From positions 42,423 to 106,422 of the forward strand of contig JBHLRP010000006.1 in the NCBI GenBank assembly GCA_048882485.1: DNA of 64,000 bases, read 5' to 3'. The position numbers and the translations under genes were made by a program. The notes below the pieces were generated by a model. The model was not told where the DNA came from. It did not search any database and was given only the letters and a program-made list of their open reading frames with translations. Of the stretch, positions 29,469-37,876 are shown piece after piece (the stretch's first letter is position 1; every line of letters starts with the position of its first letter). Source of the DNA: Candidatus Thorarchaeota archaeon. Lineage in GTDB: Archaea > Asgardarchaeota > Thorarchaeia > Thorarchaeales > Thorarchaeaceae.

Positions 29469-29572
29469 TTACTCTGCGTATTCGTGTACGCTAGAAGGCA
29501 AAGTCCAAAAAGTGACATAGGTTGATTCACTCTGTTCTGAGAGAGAAGAAGGAGGAAAAGGCATGACGGAAA

Positions 29573-29812
29573 GTGAATAAGATGCATGAGGACAGAAGGA
29601 AGTGGTTAGCTGTAATTGTACTGGTTATTCCATTAATACTGATATTTCTCATATTTGCACCGTCATACTATGAAACTTTGACGATTGAAGGAAAACGTGT
29701 TTTTATGTTGGTGTTTCAGATTGTATTCCTATACACTTTAGGCGGTCTTGTGTTGCGTTGGCTTGAAGGTAGACATAAAGTAAAGGATGACTCAAACACG
29801 CCTTTGACTTAA
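29573..29812 (+). CDS. Cassette 4 small two-TM membrane protein
   Basis: Two hydrophobic helices; stop codon lies inside the right arm of site copy 5. Confidence 0.7.
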   Translation: MNKMHEDRRKWLAVIVLVIPLILIFLIFAPSYYETLTIEGKRVFMLVFQIVFLYTLGGLVLRWLEGRHKVKDDSNTPLT

Positions 29813-29855
29813 CGCTAAGAGGAATTCTCGCGTGGATTAGGCTTTCGAGATGGCA
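29786..29855 (+). repeat. Cassette site copy 5
   Basis: GATGACTCAAA-CACGCC-TTTGACTTAAC-GCTAAGAGGAA-TTCTCGCGTG-GATTAGGCTTTCGAGATGGCA. Confidence 0.88.
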
Positions 29856-29867
29856 AAACAATATCAT

Positions 29868-30665
29868 TCACTTGATATCCAGTCCGAAAACAGACTCGAC
29901 TAATTCAGCAAATCGTGCGACAAAGCGAGCTGCAGGACCGCCATCAACCACATCATGGTTCATGAAGATACTGACACAGAGGTATTCTCTAGCCAAAATG
30001 CTATCATCAATGACAGCTGGCTTCATTGCGATACCTCCTAGCGCAAAAAGCACAGGAGAGATGCTAATGGGGATGGCCCATCCACTTTTTCCCTTGCCAT
30101 ACATTCCAACTGCTGTAACTGTGACTGTACCAAGGTGCTTCTTGACAAAAAAGGGGTCAGTTCTAAACTTTCGCCAAAACAGGAAGTCACGCAGAAACTT
30201 TGGCAGTGCGAAAAGTCTTCGCATCATTTTTCGATTGATTGTATCAGAAATGTCACCATCTGTACGATATCGAACTGCCCATATTTCATCCTGGATCTCA
30301 TGCACAGTTTTTTCATTGGCTTTTCTTACAATGTATGTCTGAGCTCCTATCTCTTCATCCACCTGTCTTTCAACCATGACTGAAACATCTACATCTTTGA
30401 AAATGATCAATCGCTTCCCTTTTTTTATTGCATGAACATTTCTATGTTCGCTGACAGCTTGTGCGATGCACTTTGTTATCCAAGCTGTAAAGGAGAGCTC
30501 TCTTCCTGAGCTGTCTTCGTACTCTTTAATTAGTTGACGGCCTTTTGTGACATCCACCTCTATTAGACCTGAAATATAGTGGGAACGAAGTCCTTGTTCC
30601 ATTAATTCCACAACAATCTCACGCTCAAAGGGCTTTTCCTCATATTCTTCTATCAGGTCCATCAC
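29868..30665 (-). CDS. Cassette 5 stand-alone 2-oxoacid dehydrogenase E2-type acyltransferase catalytic domain
   Basis: EVDVT, LSFTAW, GTVTVTAVG, NHDVVDGGPAARF; no lipoyl domain. Confidence 0.88.
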   Translation of the reverse strand: MMDLIEEYEEKPFEREIVVELMEQGLRSHYISGLIEVDVTKGRQLIKEYEDSSGRELSFTAWITKCIAQAVSEHRNVHAIKKGKRLIIFKDVDVSVMVERQVDEEIGAQTYIVRKANEKTVHEIQDEIWAVRYRTDGDISDTINRKMMRRLFALPKFLRDFLFWRKFRTDPFFVKKHLGTVTVTAVGMYGKGKSGWAIPISISPVLFALGGIAMKPAVIDDSILAREYLCVSIFMNHDVVDGGPAARFVARFAELVESVFGLDIK

Positions 30666-30730
30666 AATCCTAGCAATGAGGATTGTAGCTTCAACGTATT
30701 ACTGTTTTGTCCAACCAAAAAGCTCGAGAG

Positions 30731-30793
30731 GTTTGTTTAGACGTGAGATTAAGTATAAAGCTGGGACAATCAATCGCCGCCTAGGCTTTTGAG
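30731..30793 (+). repeat. Cassette site copy 6 (degenerate)
   Basis: GTTTGTTTAGA-CGTGAG-ATTAAGTATAA ... CCTAGGCTTTTGAG; spacing 1 nt short. Confidence 0.7.
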
Positions 30794-30933
30794 CTAGATA
30801 ATGAAAAGGCAGGAGCATCTGAAACATTACTGTATCAGATAGAGTCATAGCGGCAGTTTTGCATAGTTGCCTGCGCTGAGAGGAATAATAATAGGACGCA
30901 TTACATCTACTGTGAGAAGGAGGGGTCCACACA

Positions 30934-31758
30934 ATGAAGTGTCGAATAGGAAATTCCGAAGTTCACTATGAAATGTATGGAGAAGGCAGACCAATCATCA
31001 GCTTACATGGTTTCACTCTAGACCACCGTTCGATGGTCGGCAGCATGGAACCTATCTTCGAGAGTAGAAATGGTTGGAAACGGATATACCTAGACTTGCC
31101 AGGACACGGTCAAACTCCAGGTCAGGAATGGATTAAGAACTCAGATAACATGCTGCAGGTTGTAATAGACTTCATTGACAATGTGATTCCTGACACGAGC
31201 TTCGCAATTGCAGGCTTGTCTTATGGTGGTTATCTAGCGCGAGGTTTAGTTCATAATAGACCAAAGCAAGTACTTGGACTACTACTAATCGTTCCTAGGA
31301 TTATTGGCCGCTCAGAAGATAGAATACGTCCTGAAAAGGCTGTGCTGGTGAGAGATGAAGAGTTTCTTTGCAGCCTTGAAGAAGAGGAACGCGAGAATTT
31401 TGTAGAGGTAGCAGTAATCCAAACTGAAGACATTTGGCCTCGCTATGCAGAGGAGATTGTACCTGCTGTTCAGATATCAGACACACAATTTCTAGGACGC
31501 TTGCAACCTGGTGATGATGATTTCAGCTTCGAAGTCGATTCTCTCTCTGTCATTTTCAGTGGTCCGACCCTCATTCTGGTAGGCCGACAAGATCATTGGG
31601 TGGGATATGAAGACGCTTGGAGAATCTTGGAAAAATATCCTCGCGCAACATTCGCGGTCTTGGATAGAGCAGGTCATGCTTTGCAGCTTGAGCAGACTGA
31701 GTTGTTCAATATGCTTGTATCTGAGTGGCTTGATAGAGTAGAAGAAGCTGAGAAGTAA
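30934..31758 (+). CDS. Alpha/beta hydrolase (putative cassette 6)
   Basis: LHGF, DLPGHG, GLSYGG nucleophile elbow, GRQD, AGHAL. Confidence 0.92.
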   Translation: MKCRIGNSEVHYEMYGEGRPIISLHGFTLDHRSMVGSMEPIFESRNGWKRIYLDLPGHGQTPGQEWIKNSDNMLQVVIDFIDNVIPDTSFAIAGLSYGGYLARGLVHNRPKQVLGLLLIVPRIIGRSEDRIRPEKAVLVRDEEFLCSLEEEERENFVEVAVIQTEDIWPRYAEEIVPAVQISDTQFLGRLQPGDDDFSFEVDSLSVIFSGPTLILVGRQDHWVGYEDAWRILEKYPRATFAVLDRAGHALQLEQTELFNMLVSEWLDRVEEAEK

Positions 31759-31857
31759 ATGAGGCCTCCGTGGCAGACACTCCTCACTCCTCTATGCTGC
31801 TATTGCGCCACACATTCCACTGTTGCTATGACGATTACATGCACTAGGATCTTGACC

Positions 31858-31877
31858 TATCACTTTTCGAGATAGCA
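31858..31877 (+). repeat. Cassette site copy 7 (degenerate core)
   Basis: TATCACTTTTCGAGATAGCA vs TATTAGGCTTTCGAGATGGCA. Confidence 0.6.
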
Positions 31878-31958
31878 GTAGCTTGACGTCTATGCAGGCT
31901 TGTAAAGCGGATATCATGAGCATATGGGAGGTTTGTTGATTGTGATGTCTTCCTCTTA

Positions 31959-32189
31959 TCACTCCCGTTTCCTCGTCAACACTGCTGCCATCGCCACCAT
32001 TGTTAATGGAATGACTATACTCAGAGGCAGTATGATGAACAACAGGGGCATTTGGATGTCGATTCCCTGGGGAATCATTTCCAGTAGCACATACACGATG
32101 GTGATAGCAAGCAGAGCTGTCATCACAATCAGGATCCCACCCCAAAGATATGCCCACCATGGCGCTCTGCCCAACGAGCCTTTCCCCAT
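31959..32189 (-). CDS. Small two-TM membrane protein, paralog of the cassette 2 gene (putative cassette 7)
   Basis: GILIV..TIV..LL...P.G....P..F.ILPL shared with 27620..27820; upstream DNA also homologous. Confidence 0.7.
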   Translation of the reverse strand: MGKGSLGRAPWWAYLWGGILIVMTALLAITIVYVLLEMIPQGIDIQMPLLFIILPLSIVIPLTMVAMAAVLTRKRE

Positions 32190-32318
32190 GTATTCCTGAT
32201 GAGTTCCTACCTTACTTGGTTGACGCAAGGAATTCAACTTATTCACTCTGATACTCGCTCTTTGCACACATATGCTTTTGCTCAAACCATTGTTCACTCC
32301 AAGATGCCATCATTTTGA

Positions 32319-32378
32319 AGCCATCTGAATGTGCGCCTATGCCTGAACTATGATGCAGAAGTTTGTCCATTGAAATCC
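32319..32378 (+). repeat. Cassette site copy 8 (highly degenerate, core lost)
   Basis: ...CTGAA-TGTGCG-CCTATGCCTGA-ACTATGATGCA-GAAGTTTGTC keeps the spacing and the ACTA..GCA / GxAGTTxGxC segments of copies 2-3. Confidence 0.4.
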
Positions 32379-32436
32379 GGTTGGATGCTATCTCCACTCG
32401 GTTTAGGCTAGTGTATACGGAGAAACGGTTCTGAAA

Positions 32437-33129
32437 TCAAAGAATGATGGTTCTCCGACTATCCAGCCAGAATGCAACCAAAGCAAACAATGCGTATAGG
32501 ATTTCTGACACCAAGGCGACAGTCAACATGTCTGGAAAGGTTTGGAAAGGAGTGATGATTATGAAGATGACAAGCGCAAACAGGAATGCAGATATGCCAT
32601 ATTTGCCCAATAGTCCGGTTCCTGAAGTGGTTGAATAGAAGTATATCAAGCCACCACCCAAGAGAATGATGGTCTCCAGTAGTATCGTTGCCGGAATGCT
32701 ATTCCATAGGCCCAGTCCTATTTTCATGTCTATTCCAGGAATCAATAGCAAATCCGGTGTATGAACAAGAAAATCCAAGAGGTAATGAGATAGAACACCA
32801 ACACCAAAGAGAAGAGCTGTTCTGTTTTTATAGGCGGCAGTTGCTGTTGAACTCCTCAAAGCAATGTACCTAACGAAAAGGAACACAGCCGCAGTCCAAG
32901 CAAGTGATCCAACTAGACTATGGGTAATTGGGAGATCATAGAGGTCAAAGGAATTAGCAGCTGTAAAACCTGGAGCAATCCGAGCGTTCTCGATTCCCAA
33001 GGGAAGGAAGATGAAGAAAGCAATATCCACCAGCTGCACAGCGATAAAAAGGAAGCCAAGTGATATTCCCGGGGCATATTTCTTTAGACCTAGAGCTATT
33101 CCATAATGTCCTATAAACACAAGAGTCAA
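32437..33129 (-). CDS. Membrane-bound metal-dependent hydrolase-like protein
   Basis: FIGHY, QLVD, THSL, SHYLLDFLVH, GLGLW; multiple TMs. Confidence 0.75.
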   Translation of the reverse strand: MTLVFIGHYGIALGLKKYAPGISLGFLFIAVQLVDIAFFIFLPLGIENARIAPGFTAANSFDLYDLPITHSLVGSLAWTAAVFLFVRYIALRSSTATAAYKNRTALLFGVGVLSHYLLDFLVHTPDLLLIPGIDMKIGLGLWNSIPATILLETIILLGGGLIYFYSTTSGTGLLGKYGISAFLFALVIFIIITPFQTFPDMLTVALVSEILYALFALVAFWLDSRRTIIL

Positions 33130-33172
33130 GCCTCAGACCTGAATAAAAGTATTGACATTTCAAATTGGCTCT

Positions 33173-33994
33173 TCAGAAATCCTCAAGCGAAGTCTGTTTG
33201 ATTGAGATGAAATTCTCCATCAGTTTCAGCTTCTGGAGCTGGCGTGGTGTGATACGTTCCATTAATTGTAGCATCTGTAGTGCATTGAATGGTGAATTTC
33301 CACTGAAATGATTGTTCCAGTACCCTAGAACCAACTCCGTCCGATTCATGATATCTTCTAGACGAGGCTTCCAAGCCATTAGCTCTTCTTCGGAGTAGAG
33401 GTAGTTGTACCACGGATTCACTCCATGGCCATGCCAGCGCACATACGCGAAATCAGTTGTGACACGCAAATCAATTGGGAGTTTGGGCTCATCAACAATA
33501 ACGTAGGCCACCCCATAGTCCTCAAGCAACCTTGATGTCTTCTGAGACAGCCAGCTCTCATCCCTGAACTCAATGGCATATCGAAAAGATGAGTCGAGCT
33601 GCGAGAGGAAGGCTTCAAGGTCTGCCATCTTCGATATATCCCAAGGAGGAAGTTGAATGAGCAAAGCCGCAATCTTGTTCTGAATCGGACTCATAAGTGA
33701 AAAGAACGATTTCAGTACTTCACCCCCTTCTCCTAATAGATTCATCCGACTGTCATGTGTCACTTTCTTGGGGAGCTTGGCTGTGAAGAATTTGCCCTCT
33801 TTGAGTGAAGCCAGATGCTTTATGAAATTAGGTTGCGGGAGAGAATAAAAGGTTGAGTTAATTTCCGCAGTTTCAAAGATTGCAAGATACTGTTGAAGGA
33901 GTGATTTTCCTGAGTAATAGAACACATCCTTCCAATCACTCTCATATGACCAACCACTTGTGCCAATATGGAGTCCTTTTCTTGACATTGTCAC
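33173..33994 (-). CDS. DUF72 (YecE-like) protein
   Basis: IGTSGWSY, EINSTFY, LIQLPP, AIEFRDESW, YVRWHG. Confidence 0.92.
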   Translation of the reverse strand: MTMSRKGLHIGTSGWSYESDWKDVFYYSGKSLLQQYLAIFETAEINSTFYSLPQPNFIKHLASLKEGKFFTAKLPKKVTHDSRMNLLGEGGEVLKSFFSLMSPIQNKIAALLIQLPPWDISKMADLEAFLSQLDSSFRYAIEFRDESWLSQKTSRLLEDYGVAYVIVDEPKLPIDLRVTTDFAYVRWHGHGVNPWYNYLYSEEELMAWKPRLEDIMNRTELVLGYWNNHFSGNSPFNALQMLQLMERITPRQLQKLKLMENFISIKQTSLEDF

Positions 33995-34087
33995 AATATG
34001 TTGATGGAATCAAATGGGTTTCTATCTTCCGGCATTGAAGAAGAGATTCATAAGAAACAAGAACTGCGATGCAAGTGTGAATGACCA

Positions 34088-34399
34088 ATGAAAGTAGAGA
34101 AGATCAAAGCCGAGTTCAATAATCTCGTGATACATATGGGCAGCTTTCGTGACAAGGGCTTCAAGATGAAGTGTGATGTTTCCTACGAAGACCTTCTTTT
34201 GGTCATGGATGGAGGGAAAAAGATAGCTCGGCTTCACGCTCGCAACATTAACAATGTCCATCTGGAGAAGAAAGCCATTCGCATAGCTGCATTGAATTTT
34301 GAGATTTCAGAGGGCGAGGAAGTGAGCGTCGCCAGTGGTTCAATACGATTGGAGCTCGGTAACGAATCCGAGGTGTGGTATAAGGAACTCTGGGGCTGA
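34088..34399 (+). CDS. Small hypothetical protein, possibly PH-like fold
   Basis: Beta-rich pattern ending in a helix with Trp (ESEVWYKEL). Confidence 0.55.
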   Translation: MKVEKIKAEFNNLVIHMGSFRDKGFKMKCDVSYEDLLLVMDGGKKIARLHARNINNVHLEKKAIRIAALNFEISEGEEVSVASGSIRLELGNESEVWYKELWG

Positions 34400-34453
34400 A
34401 CACTCCAGCTGGAACATCTTAAATATGGGGCAATATGAGCCGAATCTCGTCGA

Positions 34454-35776
34454 ATGGTGGTGATTCGGATGTCTGAACAGATAGAATATGTTGAGCTTCG
34501 ATTTGTGGACATCTTGGGCCGAATGAAAGCCATGATTGTACCCTGTAATCCAGCAGACACTCTTGATGAACTAAGAAAGGACCCTATTCTATCAGAGGGA
34601 ACGAGTCTGGATGGAAGCTCAGTGACTGGACTCTCAATGGTTGAGGCTTCAGACCTTCGCCTTATGCCTGACCCAGGCTCTTTGATTGAACTCCCATATT
34701 CACTTCAGAGAACTGCTGCTGTAATGTGTTCTGTAAACGAGAAAGGTGGCAAAGAGGGCAGAGAATCGCTCTATCCATTGGACAGCAGAGGGACTCTTTA
34801 CACAGTCTGCAAGAAACTGTTACCTGGAAATCTTTCTCTGAGGGTCAAGATTGAACCCGAATTCCACTTCATCAAGCGAAACGGAGACCTATTCGATGCG
34901 GCTGGATATGCTGATACCTATCCACAGAATCCAGGTACAGATATCCTTCTTGAAATTGCCTCCGCAATTCGAGGCATGGGCATGAAACCTCGAGTGATTC
35001 ACCATGAAGTGGGAGAGGCGCAACAGGAGATCGAGATTTCACATGCTGATGTTCGGCAGATGGCCGATTTCATATTGACCTTCAAGAATCTCGCTCGGAC
35101 GGTTGCAGCAAGTCGAGACATTGACATTTCTTTCATGCCAAAACCGTTCGAAGGAGCGGCGGGTAACGGGCTTCATTGTCATCTTCAACTATGGGATGGT
35201 GACAACAATCTTTTCGGCATGGAAACTGATGATTTTCTTTCAGATACTGGAAAGAGCTTCATTGCAGGTCTTCTTAAGCATGCTCCGGCCCTAACAGCAA
35301 TAGCGAATCCAACAATCAACTCCTACAAAAGGCTAGTACCGCATCATGAGGCTCCGGTATACATTTCGTGGGGCTTTAGAAACAGAACGGTTCTTGTTCG
35401 AGTGCCTCTCTTTAAAACAAAGGATGAAGCAGCAGTAGAACTGCGATCTCCGGACGCCACGACTAATCCATATCTCTTATTCTCAGCAATTGTGGCCGCT
35501 GGAATGGATGGTGTGAATCAAGAGATGAAACCGCCCGACCCTAGGAGTGAGGACATCTTTCATCTCTCTGATACAGAGAGGGAGTCATTCGGAATCAAGA
35601 TGCTCCCGTCTTCTCTTAGGGAGGCTCTAGATCATCTTGAGAAAGATGAAGTTGTACGAGATGCCATTGGATCCAAGTTGATTGACGCCTTCATCCGGGT
35701 GAAACGTGATGAATGGAGAGAGTATGTCAATTATGCCATCACTGGTTGGGAATGGTCGAAGTATCATTCATTCTAG
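34454..35776 (+). CDS. glnA: Glutamine synthetase type I family
   Basis: DGSS, EPEF, HHEVG..QQEI, FMPKPF..AGNGLHCH, NSYKRLVP, ELRSPD. Confidence 0.9.
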   Translation: MVVIRMSEQIEYVELRFVDILGRMKAMIVPCNPADTLDELRKDPILSEGTSLDGSSVTGLSMVEASDLRLMPDPGSLIELPYSLQRTAAVMCSVNEKGGKEGRESLYPLDSRGTLYTVCKKLLPGNLSLRVKIEPEFHFIKRNGDLFDAAGYADTYPQNPGTDILLEIASAIRGMGMKPRVIHHEVGEAQQEIEISHADVRQMADFILTFKNLARTVAASRDIDISFMPKPFEGAAGNGLHCHLQLWDGDNNLFGMETDDFLSDTGKSFIAGLLKHAPALTAIANPTINSYKRLVPHHEAPVYISWGFRNRTVLVRVPLFKTKDEAAVELRSPDATTNPYLLFSAIVAAGMDGVNQEMKPPDPRSEDIFHLSDTERESFGIKMLPSSLREALDHLEKDEVVRDAIGSKLIDAFIRVKRDEWREYVNYAITGWEWSKYHSF

Positions 35777-36939
35777 TGAGTTCTGAAGTACGTCGCCAGT
35801 CTATCAAAGGCTTCATCCACTGCTTCAGGAGTAAGGGGTCCAATTGATATGCGAAGATGAGATTCACCAGCCTCTCCGAAGACATGTCCAGGCAGGACAA
35901 GCAGCTTCGTATCTCGAAGTATATCGAGCACTAGCTTTCGAGAGTCAGTACAACCAATCACTCTTGGAAACATGTAGAAAGTCCCGGCGGTCCTTGTTGT
36001 GTTGAGTGTTTGTATCTCATTGATTCTAAGGTAAGCAAGGTCTCGCAAAAGACTCAGTTTATCAATCTCTTCCTGAATCTCGTCCAATCCATGTTTCAGT
36101 ATTTCGAGGGCAAGCATTTGCCCAGGAGTTGGAGCGCAGATAGTGACTGTGTCTTGGACTTTAAGAAACTCCTGCATGAATTCGTCAGACCCCATTACAT
36201 ATCCAACTCTCCACCCGCTCATTCCAAAATCCTTGCTGAAGCTGCCCAGAGATATCACACGATCATGTGCGTCAGATCGGGACCGTGGGCTGTAATGTGT
36301 GGCACCCTCAAAAACAAGTCGGCCGTATGTTTCATCAGATATCAAGTATAAGTCCTTGTCAATACAAAGGTCAACTAGAGCATCAATGTCTTCTTGGGAG
36401 TATACGGCGCCCGTCGGATTGTTTGGTGTTGTAATGAAGATTGCACATGTTTCCTTGTCCACAGCAGATTCAATAGCCTCATAATTCAATTGGAAGTCAT
36501 TGCTTACAGGAACCTCAGTTATCTCGCCTCCAGCGAGGTGGACAGCCATGACGGAATTGAAGTAATATGGAGAAGGCATTATCACCTTATTACCAGATGA
36601 CAGTATCGTGAATATTGCTCCAGTAAAGGCTGCATTTGCTCCAGCAGTAATAGACAGCTCCTTCTCCGGGTCTGCTTGGATACTCCAATTCTGACGAAGG
36701 TATATCGCCAACTCCTCCCTAAGCTCAAGATGGCCTTGATCAGGAGTATATCTGTGGGTTGCTGGATGGAGTAGGGTATCGCCAAATGACTTCAGTGCAT
36801 CAGTAGGAGGTATATGTCCTGGAAGCCCTTGAGCAAGATTTAGGAAGTCTGGTGATGCAATATATTTTTGAGCTGCTTCAATCAGTTTCAAGATTGGAGG
36901 GGGCATGATTTTGTCAGTGCGGAATCTCATCTGCAACAC
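35773..36939 (-). CDS. PLP-dependent aminotransferase class I/II
   Basis: PNNPTG, SDETY, SFSKDFGMSGWRVG. Confidence 0.93.
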   Translation of the reverse strand: MLQMRFRTDKIMPPPILKLIEAAQKYIASPDFLNLAQGLPGHIPPTDALKSFGDTLLHPATHRYTPDQGHLELREELAIYLRQNWSIQADPEKELSITAGANAAFTGAIFTILSSGNKVIMPSPYYFNSVMAVHLAGGEITEVPVSNDFQLNYEAIESAVDKETCAIFITTPNNPTGAVYSQEDIDALVDLCIDKDLYLISDETYGRLVFEGATHYSPRSRSDAHDRVISLGSFSKDFGMSGWRVGYVMGSDEFMQEFLKVQDTVTICAPTPGQMLALEILKHGLDEIQEEIDKLSLLRDLAYLRINEIQTLNTTRTAGTFYMFPRVIGCTDSRKLVLDILRDTKLLVLPGHVFGEAGESHLRISIGPLTPEAVDEAFDRLATYFRTH

Positions 36940-37032
36940 ATCTGAATGTCAGACCCATATGAAACACATAGCGGGTAGTGATAAAGGCGTATTGGCGTCG
37001 CCAGAATTCTAGCTTAACCACTACTAATGTAA

Positions 37033-37872
37033 TTGTCCATGTCAAGCTTAATATTGGACCATGCTTCTTCAAGCTCGGTGTTCTCAGCTATGGGTGAAGA
37101 GTGCGAAGCCAAGATACTAGGGTCTCCAGAAGCACAGGTTGTGCAGACAGAACTCCATCTTTCAATGAAATCTCCTCTTCTGGTATGCTGCTTTCCATCC
37201 GCGGGAGTCATTGGGACAATTGCGGCTAACACGATGATTGAACAGTTCAAAATGGTAGAGGTTGCCCATGTCAGGTCCAGATACATGCCATCTGCCGCAG
37301 TTTTTCTCGATGGCAGACTAAGGCATCCTTTTCGGATTTATGCCAGTGAGGAGAAGAATCTCATTGTTGTCACTGCGGAACTGCCTGTTGCCGAGGAAGG
37401 AATGTATGTGGTGAGTTCAGCCCTTTTGGACTGGGCAACAACGATGGGAGTCAAAGAAACTGTGATTTTAGACGGAATTCCGGTGCAGGGTATTCCAACT
37501 AATAGAAAGGTTCTCTTTGCTGCTGAAGAGGAGAAGATTGCTGAGCTTGAGGAAGATGAAGAGATGGAAATACTCCAGAAAGGCATCATAACCGGAATTG
37601 CTGGCTCCATCCTTTCAGAGACCTTATGCCGCGATTTGGTGGGCTTTGCATTATTGACTCCTGCGATACCTATGATGCCAGATCCGGAGGGTGCAGTCCA
37701 AGTTCTGAAAGCTCTCAACAGACTCTACGATGTGGGAGTAGAAGTCTCAGAACTAGAGGATAGTGCTGAGCAGATACGCAAGAAAATGGAAGAAGTTGCC
37801 CAGCAGGTGGATGGCATCAGAAGACAACAGCCAGGCCCCTCAAGGGGCGGCTATGAAAGGATGTATGCATAG
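37033..37872 (+). CDS. PAC2-family proteasome assembly chaperone (start probably 37090)
   Basis: FPSAGVIGTIAA, HPFRIY, GIITGIAG, PDPEGA, C-terminal MYA (HbYX-like). Confidence 0.88.
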   Translation: MSMSSLILDHASSSSVFSAMGEECEAKILGSPEAQVVQTELHLSMKSPLLVCCFPSAGVIGTIAANTMIEQFKMVEVAHVRSRYMPSAAVFLDGRLRHPFRIYASEEKNLIVVTAELPVAEEGMYVVSSALLDWATTMGVKETVILDGIPVQGIPTNRKVLFAAEEEKIAELEEDEEMEILQKGIITGIAGSILSETLCRDLVGFALLTPAIPMMPDPEGAVQVLKALNRLYDVGVEVSELEDSAEQIRKKMEEVAQQVDGIRRQQPGPSRGGYERMYA

Positions 37873-37876
37873 GGCT

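Larger units (their letters stand above)
26342..32378. mobile_element. Tandem array of ~7 single-gene cassettes separated by conserved att-like sites
   Basis: 20-nt core ATTAGGCTTTCGAGATGGCA exact at 26343, 27572, 27957, 29449, 29836; degenerate at ~30780, ~31858 and (flank only) ~32320-32378; one ORF between successive copies. Confidence 0.8.

Noticed and set aside
26342-30793. Classical integron attC sites (TTAGGC resembles GTTRRRY)
   Set aside because: The base before TTAGGC is A, there is no complementary RYYYAAC box or long hairpin closing on it, ORF orientation is mixed, and no intI is present.
26342-31877. CRISPR array interpretation of the 20-nt repeats
   Set aside because: Intervals are 385-1492 bp, irregular and gene-containing; no cas genes in the window.
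26342-32378. IS or MITE copies
   Set aside because: No transposase, no terminal inverted repeats enclosing a constant element, and no target-site duplications seen.
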